In this document: positions 34,054 through 48,578 of the stretch, in pieces | Numbering within the stretch: the stretch's first letter is position 1 | Layout of the letters: each line of letters starts with the position of its first letter | Origin: Lingula anatina | Lineage: Eukaryota > Animalia > Brachiopoda | Length of the DNA: 64,000 bases | Direction: 5' to 3' | Assembly (NCBI GenBank): GCA_051362555.1 | Contig: CM120640.1 | Span: 62,226,788 to 62,290,787, forward strand | Notes under the pieces: model-generated | What the model saw: the letters and a program-made list of their open reading frames with translations, nothing else | Told to the model about the DNA's origin: nothing | Database searches by the model: none | Program-made: the position numbers and the translations under genes

Positions 34054-37000
34054 CGTGGCTTTTTTAAAGAGTAAGTCCCACGCTGTCTATGACATAAAAC
34101 CTCTAAACTGGGCTCGTGGAACAAATTCAGTTGTTTGTTTACAAATTGAGCTTTTGTGATGATACGGTGATAAAGAAAATCTTCCACAGGGAAAAAAAAC
34201 GTGCACCTAATCAACCGAGGAGAAGTTTCACAATTTTCTGGTCTGATTGGAATGAGACACGCAATTGATGTCTCAGTGGAGAATTAAGATTTCTATCTCA
34301 CCGTTCACCTATCGTGACCTTGCAATAGCTTGAATAACGGAACTTCATTATTCCTGGATCTTCTCAAAGTTAACTGAATCTGCGAAAGTTCATCAGTAAA
34401 TCGCAGTATGACAGGGCATCAGCTTCGATACAGCAATCCAATCAGACTGAACTGTAACCAGTGAAGATATCAGGACGATGTATCCTTGCGATTTCGAGGT
34501 TCGCTTCACAGACTAAATAGCAAGGTTCGCCGAGTTATCGACAGTTAGCATCCGCATTACAGCCTAACATAGCAAAGCGAATGATAGTCGGCTGAATCTC
34601 ACCTCCCTAGTGAATTGCCGCTACCAATGTGAAACGTCGGTGAACCCAAGTAGTCCCCTTTATAATACCATTTGCTTCCTAAAACGTCGATTCGAAGCAA
34701 TCAGCGCTTTTAAAGCTGCATCAAATGTTTAAATTACACCGAGAATGTTTTGAGTAATAGCCAGTATTCCCCGCAGTTGAGGGTATAGGGTTTATATACA
34801 CTTTGCAATGTCTACGTCACCAGAGTCAGTTAGACAAGTGCGGGTAGTAGCTTTCAGTGAGGCGCCACCCGGGGTCTTCTGCCTGCCTTCGACGTGGAAA
34901 AGATCTTAAGGCCTATACACATTCGCTATGTCAGGTTATATTTAACACAGCCTATCGCCGTTCGATGTCGGACTGTTTATACACCAGAAAAATCGCTATT
35001 TGATAAAAACGTGTGCTTAATGTCTCACATTAATGGAGGCGTTTGGAGCGGAATTACGTGCTGTGTCTCGGAGTGCACCCTCTCGGTAATGTTAATGGAT
35101 AATGTTAACGAGATGATTTTTGGACGAGATTATAGATATCCCACATCTTCATATCACACATAGCAATTACGAAGGTATTCACTCAGCTATTATGAAGGAA
35201 GATAATTTGCCTGTATTACGTCAACTGGAAAATAAGAATGCATACGGTTCATCAACGCAAGCCGATTCTTGTGCAAATGTCAATTTGGTGACATTCCTCA
35301 GTAAGGCGGAATGGTGCTAATGTAACATAATACCAATCCAGAGTTAATTCTGCCTCGCCGCATTAAGCTGAAGTAACACCTGTGTCTCTGATTTTTACCT
35401 TTGTTCAAGTCTCAAATCTCCTATTTCTCCTCGTTACACAAGCAAATGTAGTGGAACACTCCTTGTTCTTTATCCTTGGTGTCTCTATTTCTCCAGAAGC
35501 TGATCACAGTAATGCAGCTTACTTTCTTTCGGCGGTATCCGATATGTGCAACCTTTCTCTTTCTTTCCTCCTACCTCAATGCAGCATCATCGTGTCACGC
35601 AAAAGGTATTGAGCAGCCACGTTGCTGATCAATGCGTGCTGTTGTGCCGCAGCAATGAAAAACCTATACTTTCTTTAGTGGAATTAATGCTCCTAGCTAG
35701 TTTTACAAGTGCGTTGGTTGGTTGGTACGGTCGATAAAAATGGCCCTTGTAAAAGGCTCGGGTGAAAATGACTTCAACTGAGATAAAGTAAACGGTGTCG
35801 CGAAATTATAGGGCGTAGTGGGCGGCCGAACACGTATATCTCCTAATTTGATGCAGATATAAATCAAGATAATACTAACGGGAAAGCAATGCATTCCTAA
35901 CTGCGGTGCGAGTTCGCGGCTGGTGCTTTTATCTGAGCGCTTAACTTAATTGCCAATAAAACAAGACAAAAAGCTACAAAAGTAATAAGCACAATCTTTC
36001 AGTTTTCGGACAAACCACTATTAGAGCTGTATGTTTCAGGTGAAGAGGCCACACGGCACTCTTTTAAGGATGTGTGCATCTTGGAAGTTCCTTAGGCTTT
36101 TTTTACTTTTTTTTTTTACTGTTAAAATAGAAGTACAAAATATAAATGTCATTTTTTCTGTGCAGATCCAGTCATTCCACATGGCAGCAATGATAACCTG
36201 GTGGCTTTCCGTTCACTGTCAAGCCCAATGTTATCAAATATTCATTACATTGGATTTTCCGCATTGCATACCGATTCCAGACTTTTAATCAACAGTCGCA
36301 CAAATGACGGTTTTGTGGACGGATTATATATGGAAATGAACCAAAATCAAGTCCCAAATACCGTCAGTGTCTTTTGTAAGTCCTGGCGTTTTATCATCTC
36401 AGATATATAAAGGCTAATTTGAGAAATAAAGCAAAATTCACCAGAGATATGCCTGTCTATCCTTTAGTTGTAATCAATTGAAAAGAAGGATTACAAGCTA
36501 GTAATCAGGGTTGCTTATCGTTATGAATTCACAGAAAGTGAATTTTCTGAAAGTAGCACTTCCCCTGTCTTACTGGCCACGATTGGATATTCTCACTTTC
36601 CATATTTCAATGTTAAAAAATGGTTAAACTAAAATAAGTGCAATGGAAATACTCATCAAACGAAGTAAATTGCGTGTGTTTATAAACCAGTGAAACTTGC
36701 CATGGGCGTTGGCAGGCTTCAGCGACAGCCAAGTTAATCATCCAACTGCTTCGGAAAATCAAATACTTTTTCAGAGAGTCAGTTTAATTAACACCTGCAG
36801 ATAATGTAATATTTATATATCTGTTAATGTAGAATGTTGCGTGAAACGTGAAGCACAATAAAACCGAGAAGAAAAAAAAAAGCAAAACGCCGAAAGGAAA
36901 AAAATGACAGGATACGTACGTGTCACTAAAATGTAGACACAGTGCAGTATAGTTAAAAGCACTTAATATTTCCCAAATGCATAATGGTCATCACATCACG

Positions 37001-40000
37001 GCCAGTACGTAATACAATAATCTGCAATTGTCTAGGTATTTCATTTGCGTTGATGTTGTATAAATTTCTCTGAAAAAGGCATCCAAATCAAAGATTTTTT
37101 TTGCACTGACGATTTTTACAATGTCACAAATGAAATTTGAATAGTTTTCTCTTCATTTAATGGCACGAAAAACGTCTATGGGCATCAAGGTTGGACGTTA
37201 TATTCCAAATTTTTCTTCTGCACCCACCCCTTCTTCCAAGTGGGCAATCGCACACGCACACACGCGCGCGCGGGCGCGTCCGCCATTTTTCCCTTTGCAC
37301 AACACGGTATACATATACGGTATCGTGTCTTTGGTTGGAGTCACCCTTATCGAATTGATATTTGATGAATGCAACATATGGTATGCGGAAGGGAGACTGA
37401 TGGGGACGTGAAACAAGGTCAAAGAACCGAGCAGTGCACTTTTCATGCCGCCTCCGTCTGCAAGCAGTATTTTTTTTTTTCAGATCTGTTAAACCACACA
37501 CACACACACACATATATAATAAAATTGGTTTTGTCCATGACAATAACTTTCATTATTGTTAAAGTAAACATCCATCCAGTTTATATTCTTTTCATAAGGT
37601 CAAAGAAAAAAATCTGTATGTAAAGAGGCCACTATGTTGTGAACTCTCATTAGGGGTGTTAGGGTGGGGGGGGGGGAAGTAAGCTAAAAAGCCGACCTTG
37701 GTTCTTTCAAGAAAAGTTACTGAGTTCATCTATTAATTGGGGGCAAGACTGCAGGTCGTATAGGGCCCTCTTGATTACTGTTATTTGGGTGACTCATAAA
37801 TCAGTACTTGATAAAGATGGCCGTTTACACTGCTTGACTCGGAAATCATTACATACTTGTAAACCCCAGTAATATATGGGGGATGTACATCTCTAATACT
37901 ACTACTTTGTCTGAAATGACTCAGCTCCGCGGATTGCTGCTTTTTCACTTCATTTTAGATTTAAATCACCGCCGTCGTTTGAAACACCCTGTACAATCCC
38001 ATGCAATTTTTATTAACCAGGGAAAGTCTGGCAGACGACCGATGACTGTGGGTTGACGTCATCCGGCCAGGTGTTAAATTTTATCCTGGGTCCGATGTGG
38101 GATAAACTTACACAGAATCATTTAATCAATGTGTGTGACGTTCAGACAATAAGATGTAAAAGAAAATCAAGCAAACTCACTTCCTTTTATTATAATTCTA
38201 ATATATGCACTGGGTTTTTATATCAAAGCTCCTTTACTTTTTTCAATATTCAATATAAGGTAAAACATTCGACTGTGTAATTTATGGATTAAAAAATCTG
38301 GGGGAGGTTTGCGACAGGAAACTTTGCCTTAAGATAGTGGTAACGTCGGTTACATAGCAATTCGATTTTTTGAACACCTTTATTCAACGCTTGATATCCA
38401 ATTTAAAAACTATCTCCAAACAGCTGCTTAACAAATAAAAAGGTAATAGCTGTGTACGTAGTGCAAGCTGATGTTAAAAAACTATATGACTGCACTTTTT
38501 ATTTTTAGGTTCAATTATTTTATTTTCATTTATCATTATTAAATTTTATTATTATATCGTTTTTTCCTTTTTTTGCAAAATAGCGTCTATGTTACTTTAG
38601 AAAATTGTTTTGACATTTGTTTTGGTTTTTACGTAAAAGCATAACACCCTATTTATTCAGAGCTTCAATTTATATATATATATAAACCCTGAAGAGGCCC
38701 AGTAGGGCTTAAAAATACTTTGTGATTAGACTTGGACCCATCATACAGACTGAGACAAAGAAAAATGTAACGAAAGTGAAACCTATATAGTACATGGTAC
38801 AAGTATGTCCATAGGCCCTATGTAGGGACAGTTCGCCAGGAGTAAATTCCAGTTGTGGACATTTCTGCTCTTGTTGATTGATGTATAAGTAAATCTCAAC
38901 TACTCCCAGTGTACACGTATCTCCTATAGGTGGAGATGTAAGTAAGTGGCCTTATGCTGTCCTTGCTCGCATTACGGAAGCTGCCGACCCACCTTGAAAT
39001 ATCCCGTGGAAAATCAATCATTTTAACGTAAACACACTTCAGCCATGTCGCTATTTAAATTCTCTTTTCTCTTAGAGAAGTTTTTTTAATTTTCCATCTC
39101 TCTCTGTAAATATTTATATCATCTAGGATCATGCAACACAAAGTCAAGTGGCCACGTCTCTTTATCCAAGAACAGTCTACTTTTCCATTGCCTCTTTCAG
39201 GCGCACTTCTTTGCCTTCTTCTGCTGTGGTGAAATAATATAGATTTATGTTAATAATTATCCATATAGCATGTTGTTTTTTTTTTCACTTGATTCTCAGC
39301 CAAAGGCTTGGCTGGATTCCATTGTTACCTAATAATTTCTGACCCTTGCCATGTGCACAGTCAGACTGAGATTTTAACAGACCGTTCATTTGGGGCTTTT
39401 ATCCATCGACATGCAATGTGAGAAACCTTGGACTGGTCAGATGTCGCATCCATACGGTCTGTTAAGATATGAGATTTTTAAGTTTAATCGTCACAACTTG
39501 AGTGGAAATAAAGTTAAAATTGCAAAACTTGCTAGAATATCCCCTATGACTTCTCGATTGCCAATTTGCTCTCATAGCTAAATCAATACAATTCCATGAG
39601 GTTGGTGGGCTTGAACCGTTTATCTTATTTTTAAGATTTTTCATTTCTCCATGCAACGGTTTTGTTAAGTCTCGCTTCAATAATGTTTGCTTTGAGGTGT
39701 AAACAAGATAGTGTTCACTGATATCACGAAGAACGTTACTGGTTCCAATTCACCATGGAAACACTAAAAAGTAGAAAGGATAATAACTGTTCGTATGAGA
39801 TTCATATTTCACAATATTACTACAAAAAATAATTCTTGGAAAAAAGTATGGACTAACTTTGAATTTTGGAATGGATTCATTAACAATTGGTAAGTGTGAG
39901 AAAATCGTCGTTTACCCCAGGAAATCCCTTTTTTGGTAGAATTGAACAGTTGGTATCCCTTTAACAACGTGGTAACAACAACAACTCGATAATAAAAATA

Positions 40001-43000
40001 ATCAGATAAAATTGCATCGTGTTAAGTTATCCACAAAATATTTATTTCTTCTTCTTCATCTTTTATTTTCTGCGTGAATCAATAGATGACTATTTGATAA
40101 AGATCCCTTTCATGTATTGGTATTGCATGGTCTCGCTGCCGGATGTTTTCAAGGAACATTTCTCTTACTAAAGGTACCTTGGAATGTACGTGTACTTTTC
40201 ACGGTGGCAATGTATGCCTATATCCTTCAGTCTTATAGTTCAATTATTCGAGTGTACGAGGTCATTCATTTTTTTCTCATGTCTTCATCACTTTACTTTT
40301 CTGAATTTGAAGAGAGGAAGGGAGAGCACAACTGTCACATATTGAAGCATCTTTTTTATCTAATCCTTTTCACTTTGACAAAAAGTGAATGCTTATAATG
40401 TAAATATTACAATGGGCATTTTCCATTTAACTGTAAATATTACAATGGGCATTACCTGGCTTAACATGACAAAAGTGTTCTACGGGTATTCTCAATTAAT
40501 CTTGGTAAGGTTCATTTGGCAGGTTTCAAAAATACATGTTGCTTTGAGAGCTGGAAGAAAAGCATACCTCAAATTAAGGATGCGGTGCTCTTTCAGTTAA
40601 AAACAACATGAGGCATATGTCGACGCAAAAGAAACATGATTTAGAGAAAAAATTTGTTTAAAGAAATACCTTGAAGACGGACACCAGGAAACATTGAGTT
40701 TCGCATATAGTCTACGCCAATTAGTGCCCCACAGAGCATACTGTGACAAGTAAAGGTAAAAATTCATGTTTATTGTTGCATTCAGTCGGATAATTGGTGC
40801 AATATAAACTCCATCTGCCCTGAAGTGATGCTTCTTGAGATAATGGGGAAAATAAGATTATTTTTGCTACAAAATCACGAAGGTCTGTCCTTTTGAGCAA
40901 GTGCTCATCTTATAGAAAAGCCACTAGTTTTGTATGAGTAGAGAGTGGACGTGACAGCAATTCGCATGTATTGATCAGCTACAGACAAGAAGGAAGTGGG
41001 CTCACAGTGTGCGGTATTCCCATATGATAACTTCGAATCAGTCTCTCAAAGAAAAAAAACAATTGTCAAAATAGCGCGGAGAGGGGCATTGTCATCCAAG
41101 ATTTCGTTTGTATGACACAAATACAGACCACAGCAGGTAATACAGCAGCAACTGAGAATTTCATTATACCAAAGTTTTATTTCATAAGCTAGCCGTGGGC
41201 TCTCAATGTGGCTGCCAACATGTCTATCCTTTTGGGCTGATCAGCCCAGCTCATAGAGTCTCCGTTATCTTTGAAGTGATATATTTCCGAAGAATTTAGA
41301 GACGGATTGTATCAAAACGACCGTGGTCAATTACTGAGTACCTGTTTCCCTATGTAATTTAATGTGCTTTGGCATTTGCAGGCTGGTAGGGCCGGTCAGC
41401 GAATGGATGCCTTGCTGGAAAAGCCAATGTTGTTTTGCATAAACCAGTCACACGAAATTGAAAGGGTAACTAAGATGTTCTCTACAGAAAAACAGAGATA
41501 AAATTTTGACGTAGACTGTTGATGTAATCATGGTAACTCGTGCAACTCTGCACCAACTCAGACTCTCGAGTTGCATCATTATGTACACATTAACGTAGCC
41601 CTTTCAAGGCAGAGAGTGATTCTTAATGGTGGTGAAAGCCTTTAACACTCACGCTCCCACCACAATATTGCCGGTTAAAATGGTTGGCCAGAAAGTGTCA
41701 TATGCCTTAATTTTTTATGCATTTTCCAACTCTGTTCTTCAAGGTTATAAGGTCCTTCTTTTATTGATCGGGCATCCTCTTGGCAACTCTGCTGGATAAA
41801 ATTAATAATATATTTAATAATAGTATGCTCCCCTAGCAAAAAGAGGTCACCCCTATGTACATTGCAACAAGGGAACCCATATATTCAATTTTACTATTAC
41901 ATAAAAACTATGCTACCGATCATCGAATAAATTGGACATGTGGGTATTAGGACATTGACCTACCAAGCGTGACCATTGACATACCCAACACCAATTATTT
42001 ATAATATGCGGCTCTTAACTGAGAGGGATATTTTTTTTTTATCCAGCGGTTGTCTTGGAGGGAGTTTTGACCTGACGAATATCCACAGAGTTGGGTTGTT
42101 CCATGAAAACCATTCAGAGGGTTAGACAACATCCTTACCAAACAGGCAAGATCGTCTGTGTAAGGCCGACTGAAGGCAATTACACCCAGAGAAGATATAA
42201 ACACGCCCTGCTCATTGCTTCCTCGTAGAAAACACTTCATGACATTTAGGAACTTGACTGCAACATTTTTAAAACAAAAATAGGGCAAAAAATGTTGCTG
42301 AGTTTACCGTCAGAGGACGTCGTCACAAACGCCAATATGACAATGTGTGGGAAATTGATAACTGAGAGATGACCCTGCAAACAGAAATGATCTCATTTGC
42401 ACCGTATGTGGAACGCCCTCACTCACACAAATATTACAGAACTTTGTCTCCTCATTAACTCAAACAAAAGGATAAGTAAAGGACAAACACAAATGTGGTG
42501 TTCGAAATTTGGCCGATAGCGGTCCCTCTAGTAAAAAATAGTGTTAGTTATTATACAGTATGGTATTACATGATGTTAAACTAATTGAAATTACGTAATA
42601 TTAAAGCATGAAAAAATAAATATCAAAACAAAAAGTGAACATATTTTCATTTGTGGGGTTGCAAAGAGGCCACAAATGTTAAAGAACTTTTTGACTCCAC
42701 GCACAAACACGTCAGGTGCGTTCTCTAATTCAGAGGATTCTGAAAAAATACTAAAATGTGGCTTTGATTTTTACTCTTGTTAGGGTATTCGTTGGTTGTA
42801 CAATCAGTAAAAATTAGAAGTTGATTAAAAAGATTGGTTTTGACCTGATTGTCTGTATCATTTTACGCATTGCATTAGGGGTGACACTGTTTGCTAGGGG
42901 GAGTATATATGAAAGTCTAAAATCCATTAAAATGTTCCCCCGCTCAAGTTACTTTTTGTAGTTTCATGAGTCTTCGCTATGCCCCGGGCTTAGCTTATAT

Positions 43001-45523
43001 TACAGAGATATTACACGAACAAAACTCTGCACGAAACATACCCCCTCCCCCTTTTGTTACAAATGCTGCGGGACTTATTTCCAAACCCTATACATTAATT
43101 GAAAAGTCATCTATCATCTTTTAAAAACAACAGTCTTCGATCAATTTCATTTTCTTGTTTGTCCTCTTAGATAAATACAAAAAACACTGACAAGAAGAGG
43201 TTATCAGAGTGCTTACGCTTTTAACTTATTGGAAACGGAAGAAAGGAGATCATGTTTAGCCGATCTGAATATACTGACATGCAATTCCCCGTTTAACAGA
43301 TGTCCATTACAGCGTCGTGCATTCTGTGGTGAGGCCAGTTATACATGAAAACCCCTTCCTTTAATATACTTCTGAAAAGCCATTAAGATATGACTGCCTT
43401 TAACACCTATATGTCGACGGTTGACACGGCCAATCACTATCACTTCCAATAACATCCTATCAAAATTGGGTGTCGAATAAACAACCATGATGAACTAATG
43501 AATAATGTTTACAAATATTTTTCTTCATTGTCCGGGGCCTCAGGGTATTGAGATCAGCTAAATGTAGCAAACATACCTGTACCATTGCTTTATTTTCTTT
43601 TGATATTTTCGACTGCTGATATGCTGTGGTATTTCATTATGGAATCACAAGGTCATACACATGCTGAATGAATTTGCCGTGAATCACCAAAGACCGTTTA
43701 ATGAAATAACAAAGAAATATGAACCAAAGCTCAAACTAATATAACTTCTAAAGCATTTAAGATTAGATTCTACCGGTAGGTTTGTTAATGTAAACGGTGA
43801 ACGAAGAAAATATCTTCATATCCATGAATGTGTTTGTATATATTGGGATTTTCTTTTGCCTTTTTAATGTCGAGGCGAAATGACATTTGTGTTTGTCTTA
43901 AATATGATATATCATTGAATAAAACTTGGAGATTTTACTTCCGTTTATAGAATTTGCATGTAGTATACCAGTGATTTTACATAGTTATCTTTTTTCAGTG
44001 TCACAATGACATGGAAGTTGAAAAAAAGAAGGAAAAGTCGAGAATATATACAGTGAATATCAGCTGTCAAACAGAAAGACAATAGGCTTATACTGAGGTT
44101 TGACTTTCCCTAAAGGGGGGGTTCTTCATGCTTAAATTCACGGTTTTCTCTCAGTATCATCCATATGCGAAACCTAATTAAGAGCTGAAAACGGATCATT
44201 TATGTTACGTCACATAACATTACTTTTGGACCTATGGGCTCTACATAATGATACCAAATATATTGCAACAATTAAAATATATTATGAATTTAAAAGAATT
44301 CCACAAAACACAGTGAACAGCGACAGCTTAGAAACTGGTTTGTGCTGCCTAATATTATAGGCTGCTTTTAATCCACAGTTTTTTAAGTGACATGTACACT
44401 AGATATTCACAGATATGTTAATTTCACGAGTATTCTCTAAACTGAATATCAAAAATGTCTACTTAATAATAACTGTAGCCCTGGTAGACGGTACACACAC
44501 ATTACATACATACACACACCGAACACACACATAGGCCTACATCATAACGGCACTGTTGCAGTGCACCAACTGATGACTCAAGGGACAAGACATGGTGTAA
44601 TTCCTGAACAAAATGATCCATTGTTTCTTCTTGCTTAATAATCCTTTAAAGGAGGAAAACTCTCCAATTTGTTTTACATCAGTTCCTAGTCAACAGCAGG
44701 AAATATTTGAACGTGGAGAGTACATTGTGTATTAACTCCTAGGGAATCGCAAAAATTAGATTTTTATTGCAAGAGGGTGGTATCGATTATTCATTTTTGA
44801 AATGGAGTTCTAAAAAAAAGCGACGTGTACAGGTCCGAGGTTTTGTGGGACATTGCCCTCGATTCTTTGGCGTTTGGGCTTATTCCAGAAGCTTTGTTTA
44901 ATGTATATACTGTTTTATATTGTTGCAACCACCCCACAAATAGACAAACCAGCTTTCAATCCAACAGATAAAATGGTTTGCGAGATCCTAATCACGGCAC
45001 GCGTCGTTGAGAAAATAAAAACTGATTTAACTGTTATCTGCCCATCACAAATTAAAAGATACGACCCTGGGAAGATGTAAGTGCTCGTGTTCTGCTCCTG
45101 CGACAGGAATTCCCAAAACAGCTTTTAACGAGATTTGAACGGTGACTCATTTTCAGCAAATAACTGTAAAACTGCCTTTTCCATTACCACGTAAATATCA
45201 CTCAGATCTCAAAGTTAAGGCTATTTTCTCAAAAATGCTTCTTTAATTTGTTCCATTATGTGCCCAATTTTAAATATTGGATTAAAAGATACGTTAAACT
45301 ATGATGGCAGAGCATTTCATTTTAAAATTTGTTAAAACAAACATATTACGCATTAACTGCATTATGTTTAAAAATGTCTGAATCTTCTTCCATTTCTGTT
45401 CTGGCGCCTACCACTCACTCCTGATGGCCTATTGCCCCTCCCCCCATAATTACCCCCCCCCCATGCCCTGTCCCTCACTCCCCTCTAATGCCACTCATGT
45501 TCTCGTCACTGCCTTTCTTTGAA

Positions 45524-45573
<50 letters not shown>

Positions 45574-46414
45574 TTAAATTCCAAAGGTGAGCATATAATG
45601 CCTAGGCGAATTGCCACCTTTATTTATACTGTATCAATATTTAACCCTCTTGAGAATAAAGATGTTTAAAAAAAAACAAAAAAAAATGCATTATGTAGTT
45701 TTGAATTATGAGTGTAATAAAATGCTTTAAAATTCATCCTGATAAGACTTTAGTAAGAGGACTTTAGTGGGGTTTTGTTAAGTCAGTTATATTTTCAACT
45801 CTATTTTAATGTGTTCTCTTGCAGTAAATGGAACACATTATCTAGTCCTTTTCAGGCTTATTGCAATCGACTTGTGCCCTGCTGCTCCAGCCCTAACACA
45901 GTCAGGTCAAGTGAGGAGAACCTGGTTGGACCTAATCTAATGTGCATTACCATGACGTGAAACTGGCATAACATTCCAATTTCTCACTATACACTAATAG
46001 AACATTAGGCCTTTACATTTACGATAACGCATTTAGTGTTGAAAATCGAATTTGGTGACCAGATTATGACCGTTTCCCCAGACACTTCATAATGGGTCTT
46101 AGAGTACAGTGAAAAAGGTAGCGATCCATTGAGGGGATCCTTGGTGAAATACACCATTTATTTGCATATCATCAAAATGTTGCTAACATTATGGTCTCCA
46201 ATTAATTAGCAATTAACAAAAACAGTCTTGGAAAGCCAACAAACATTTGGTGCACATACACTGACGGATTTATATAGCTATAGTACCTGTTTCTAGCACA
46301 CTACATACCAATAAAACAAACTGAAATGTAACTCTAAGACAGCAGAAAAGAACTTTAAAATGCACCTTCTTTAATTATTTTGATCTTAAATTTAACTTTC
46401 CTTTTTACCCTTTA

Positions 46415-46991
46415 TGCCCCTATTTCACACAGACCATGAATCCCACGAATGGCCATGAATTGACAAATTTCACGATTCGTGGTTGAATCGTAATCAGTTC
46501 GTGAAGTTCTTAACAGATTCGTATATATTCGTAGTCAGTTCTTGCACTTCTTGACCAACAGGAATTGGTGGCAAAAACTTTGATGCCCCTATTTCACACA
46601 GACCACGAATCCCACGAATCGCCAGAAATTGAAAATATCAGGATTCGTGGTTGAATCGTAATCAGTTCGTGAAGTTCTTAACAGATTCGTATATGCAGTT
46701 CTTGCAATTCTTGATCAATCGGGAATTCGTGGCAAAAATGTTGAGCTGTTCAAAGTTTTGGCCACGAACTCCCGATTCCAAAAAATCGTAGTGAATTTCT
46801 GGACAATATTCGTGCGATTCCAGCCGAATCCCACGAATATTCGTAACACTATCGCACCTGTATCGTAACTGAATCGTAGAGCGTGTCGAATTAGACCAGA
46901 AAATTGGCAAAATCTCACGAATCCTCACGAATCCTGAAATTGTCAATTCCTGGCGATTCGTGGGATTCGTGGTCTGTGTGAAATAGGGGCC
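46415..46991. mobile_element. PIF/Harbinger-like MITE with a duplicated left end
   Basis: GCCCCTATTTCACACAGACCA at 46416 and again at 46585; its reverse complement ends at 46990. TTA lies on both outer flanks, with internal ACGAAT/ATTCGT repeats. Confidence 0.8.
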
Positions 46992-47619
46992 TTACGCGGC
47001 AGGAAAGCGAACAGTTTTGTTTCTGATTATTTCCCGACATCAAACGAATATAACAAAACCAATGAAATCTATGAGGGTATTCCTCTCGATGAATTAGTGG
47101 AGGGCATGTAATCATTCATCTTTCAAATTATGAAATGTTTGAAATCGCAATATACAATGACGAAACTGGTTGGTGCCTTGTTGTGTGTTCTGTGGGTCCA
47201 TAAATGCAATGATATCGTATAATCTAGACTTTGAACAACGCCTTTTTATGAGAAATATGATAATTACCAAAGATAAAGATAGTTATTTTCAGTCTCGTTT
47301 TTCAATTTGTAGAAATGTGTTAATCACCAAACAGAAACTCCGGTAGTTTCCACTACTGTTTTGGAGACCGGATTGAAATGTGATAATGATCAAAGCCAAA
47401 ACTAAGCAATTTTCACCGTTGTTTTTCGGTCTGCAGAAATGTGATAATGACCAATGCGAAGACGAATAGCGAATAAACGAATATGACCTTGTTCAATGAC
47501 AATTAATTTCGTATTACACGTATATGAACTGACTTACAAAGTTTGAATCTTTCTTTTTGGTTGTTTGTAAGATCGTCACGCTCATTACCCTAGACAAGTT
47601 TGCTCCGGAGAGCGTCTAA

Positions 47620-47866
47620 GACTAGGTTCCCATACTTACATCGATCCATCTGGATCGACCTTACTCCCTGGGGGTTCACGCTAAATTGCTATCAGCTCAA
47701 GAGGTTAAGATGTCTGTCACGCCTACCGAATCAGCTAGGGGTAAAGATAATTACCCCCTAACAGTTCTACTAGGCGTGACATACGTTTAAGCCTAATAGT
47801 TTGATAGCAATTTAGTAAGACTCCCCAGGGAGATAGATCGATCCAAATATCTGTGGGAATGGCCCC
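47620..47866 (-). mobile_element. MITE family A, copy 2
   Basis: GATCGACCTTACTCCCTGGGGGTTCACGCTAAAT ... GACTCCCC ... GATAGATCGATC, homologous to copies 1 and 3. Confidence 0.75.
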
Positions 47867-48578
47867 TTATATAGAATTGTGGTGGGTTAAAACTTGGCAC
47901 TGCAATGAATGGTTAATACGTAGGTTAACAGGCTCAGAAAAACTCACGTTATTATCATAATATAGATTTAATGGTTCGTTTTTCATCAATTAAATTTACA
48001 TTTGTAGCAATCGTATACTCAATAATTATGTGACCGATAGTGTCATATTACGAAATCACAAATTAGCTGCCATTCCTAAATTTAGCATTCTTGAACCTTT
48101 AGGTCCAATCCCAACAGTGAGATATTGAGTTGTGGCCCTGTTAACAGATTCACGCGCCAACACATTCCATTTCCTACCTTTTGATGGATCCTGATAGAGC
48201 ACACACAAGATCCGCGACTATCCCCTAACCCTCACGCACGCACACATAGAATCTGAAGGCATATGTATCTTGTGAGAATGTCGATAGGTATTTTTCTCGG
48301 AAATCTACTGTTAAAACAACGTGTATCTACAGATTCCAAGTGCAACAAATTGTTTCCAAAGCAGTGGTGACGAAAGTTGTAATAAATGTTACATTCTTTG
48401 ATTAATGCTCTTGCTTCGCTTTATCATAAAAGAAAAAGCAAATCAAATAAAGGCTGCAGTGCAAGCCCTACAGCTTGCCTACTGGTGATGTAACATTTTC
48501 GTTAGTTGAAATATACATAAAAAACAACCAACACACTGTGCATCTGTGTCCAAAGTATTGCTCTAGACACATTACGAG

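Noticed and set aside
37157-37623. Cluster of overlapping ORFs at a GC-rich patch
   Set aside because: Driven by (CA)n/(CG)n simple repeats; no domain and no splice support.
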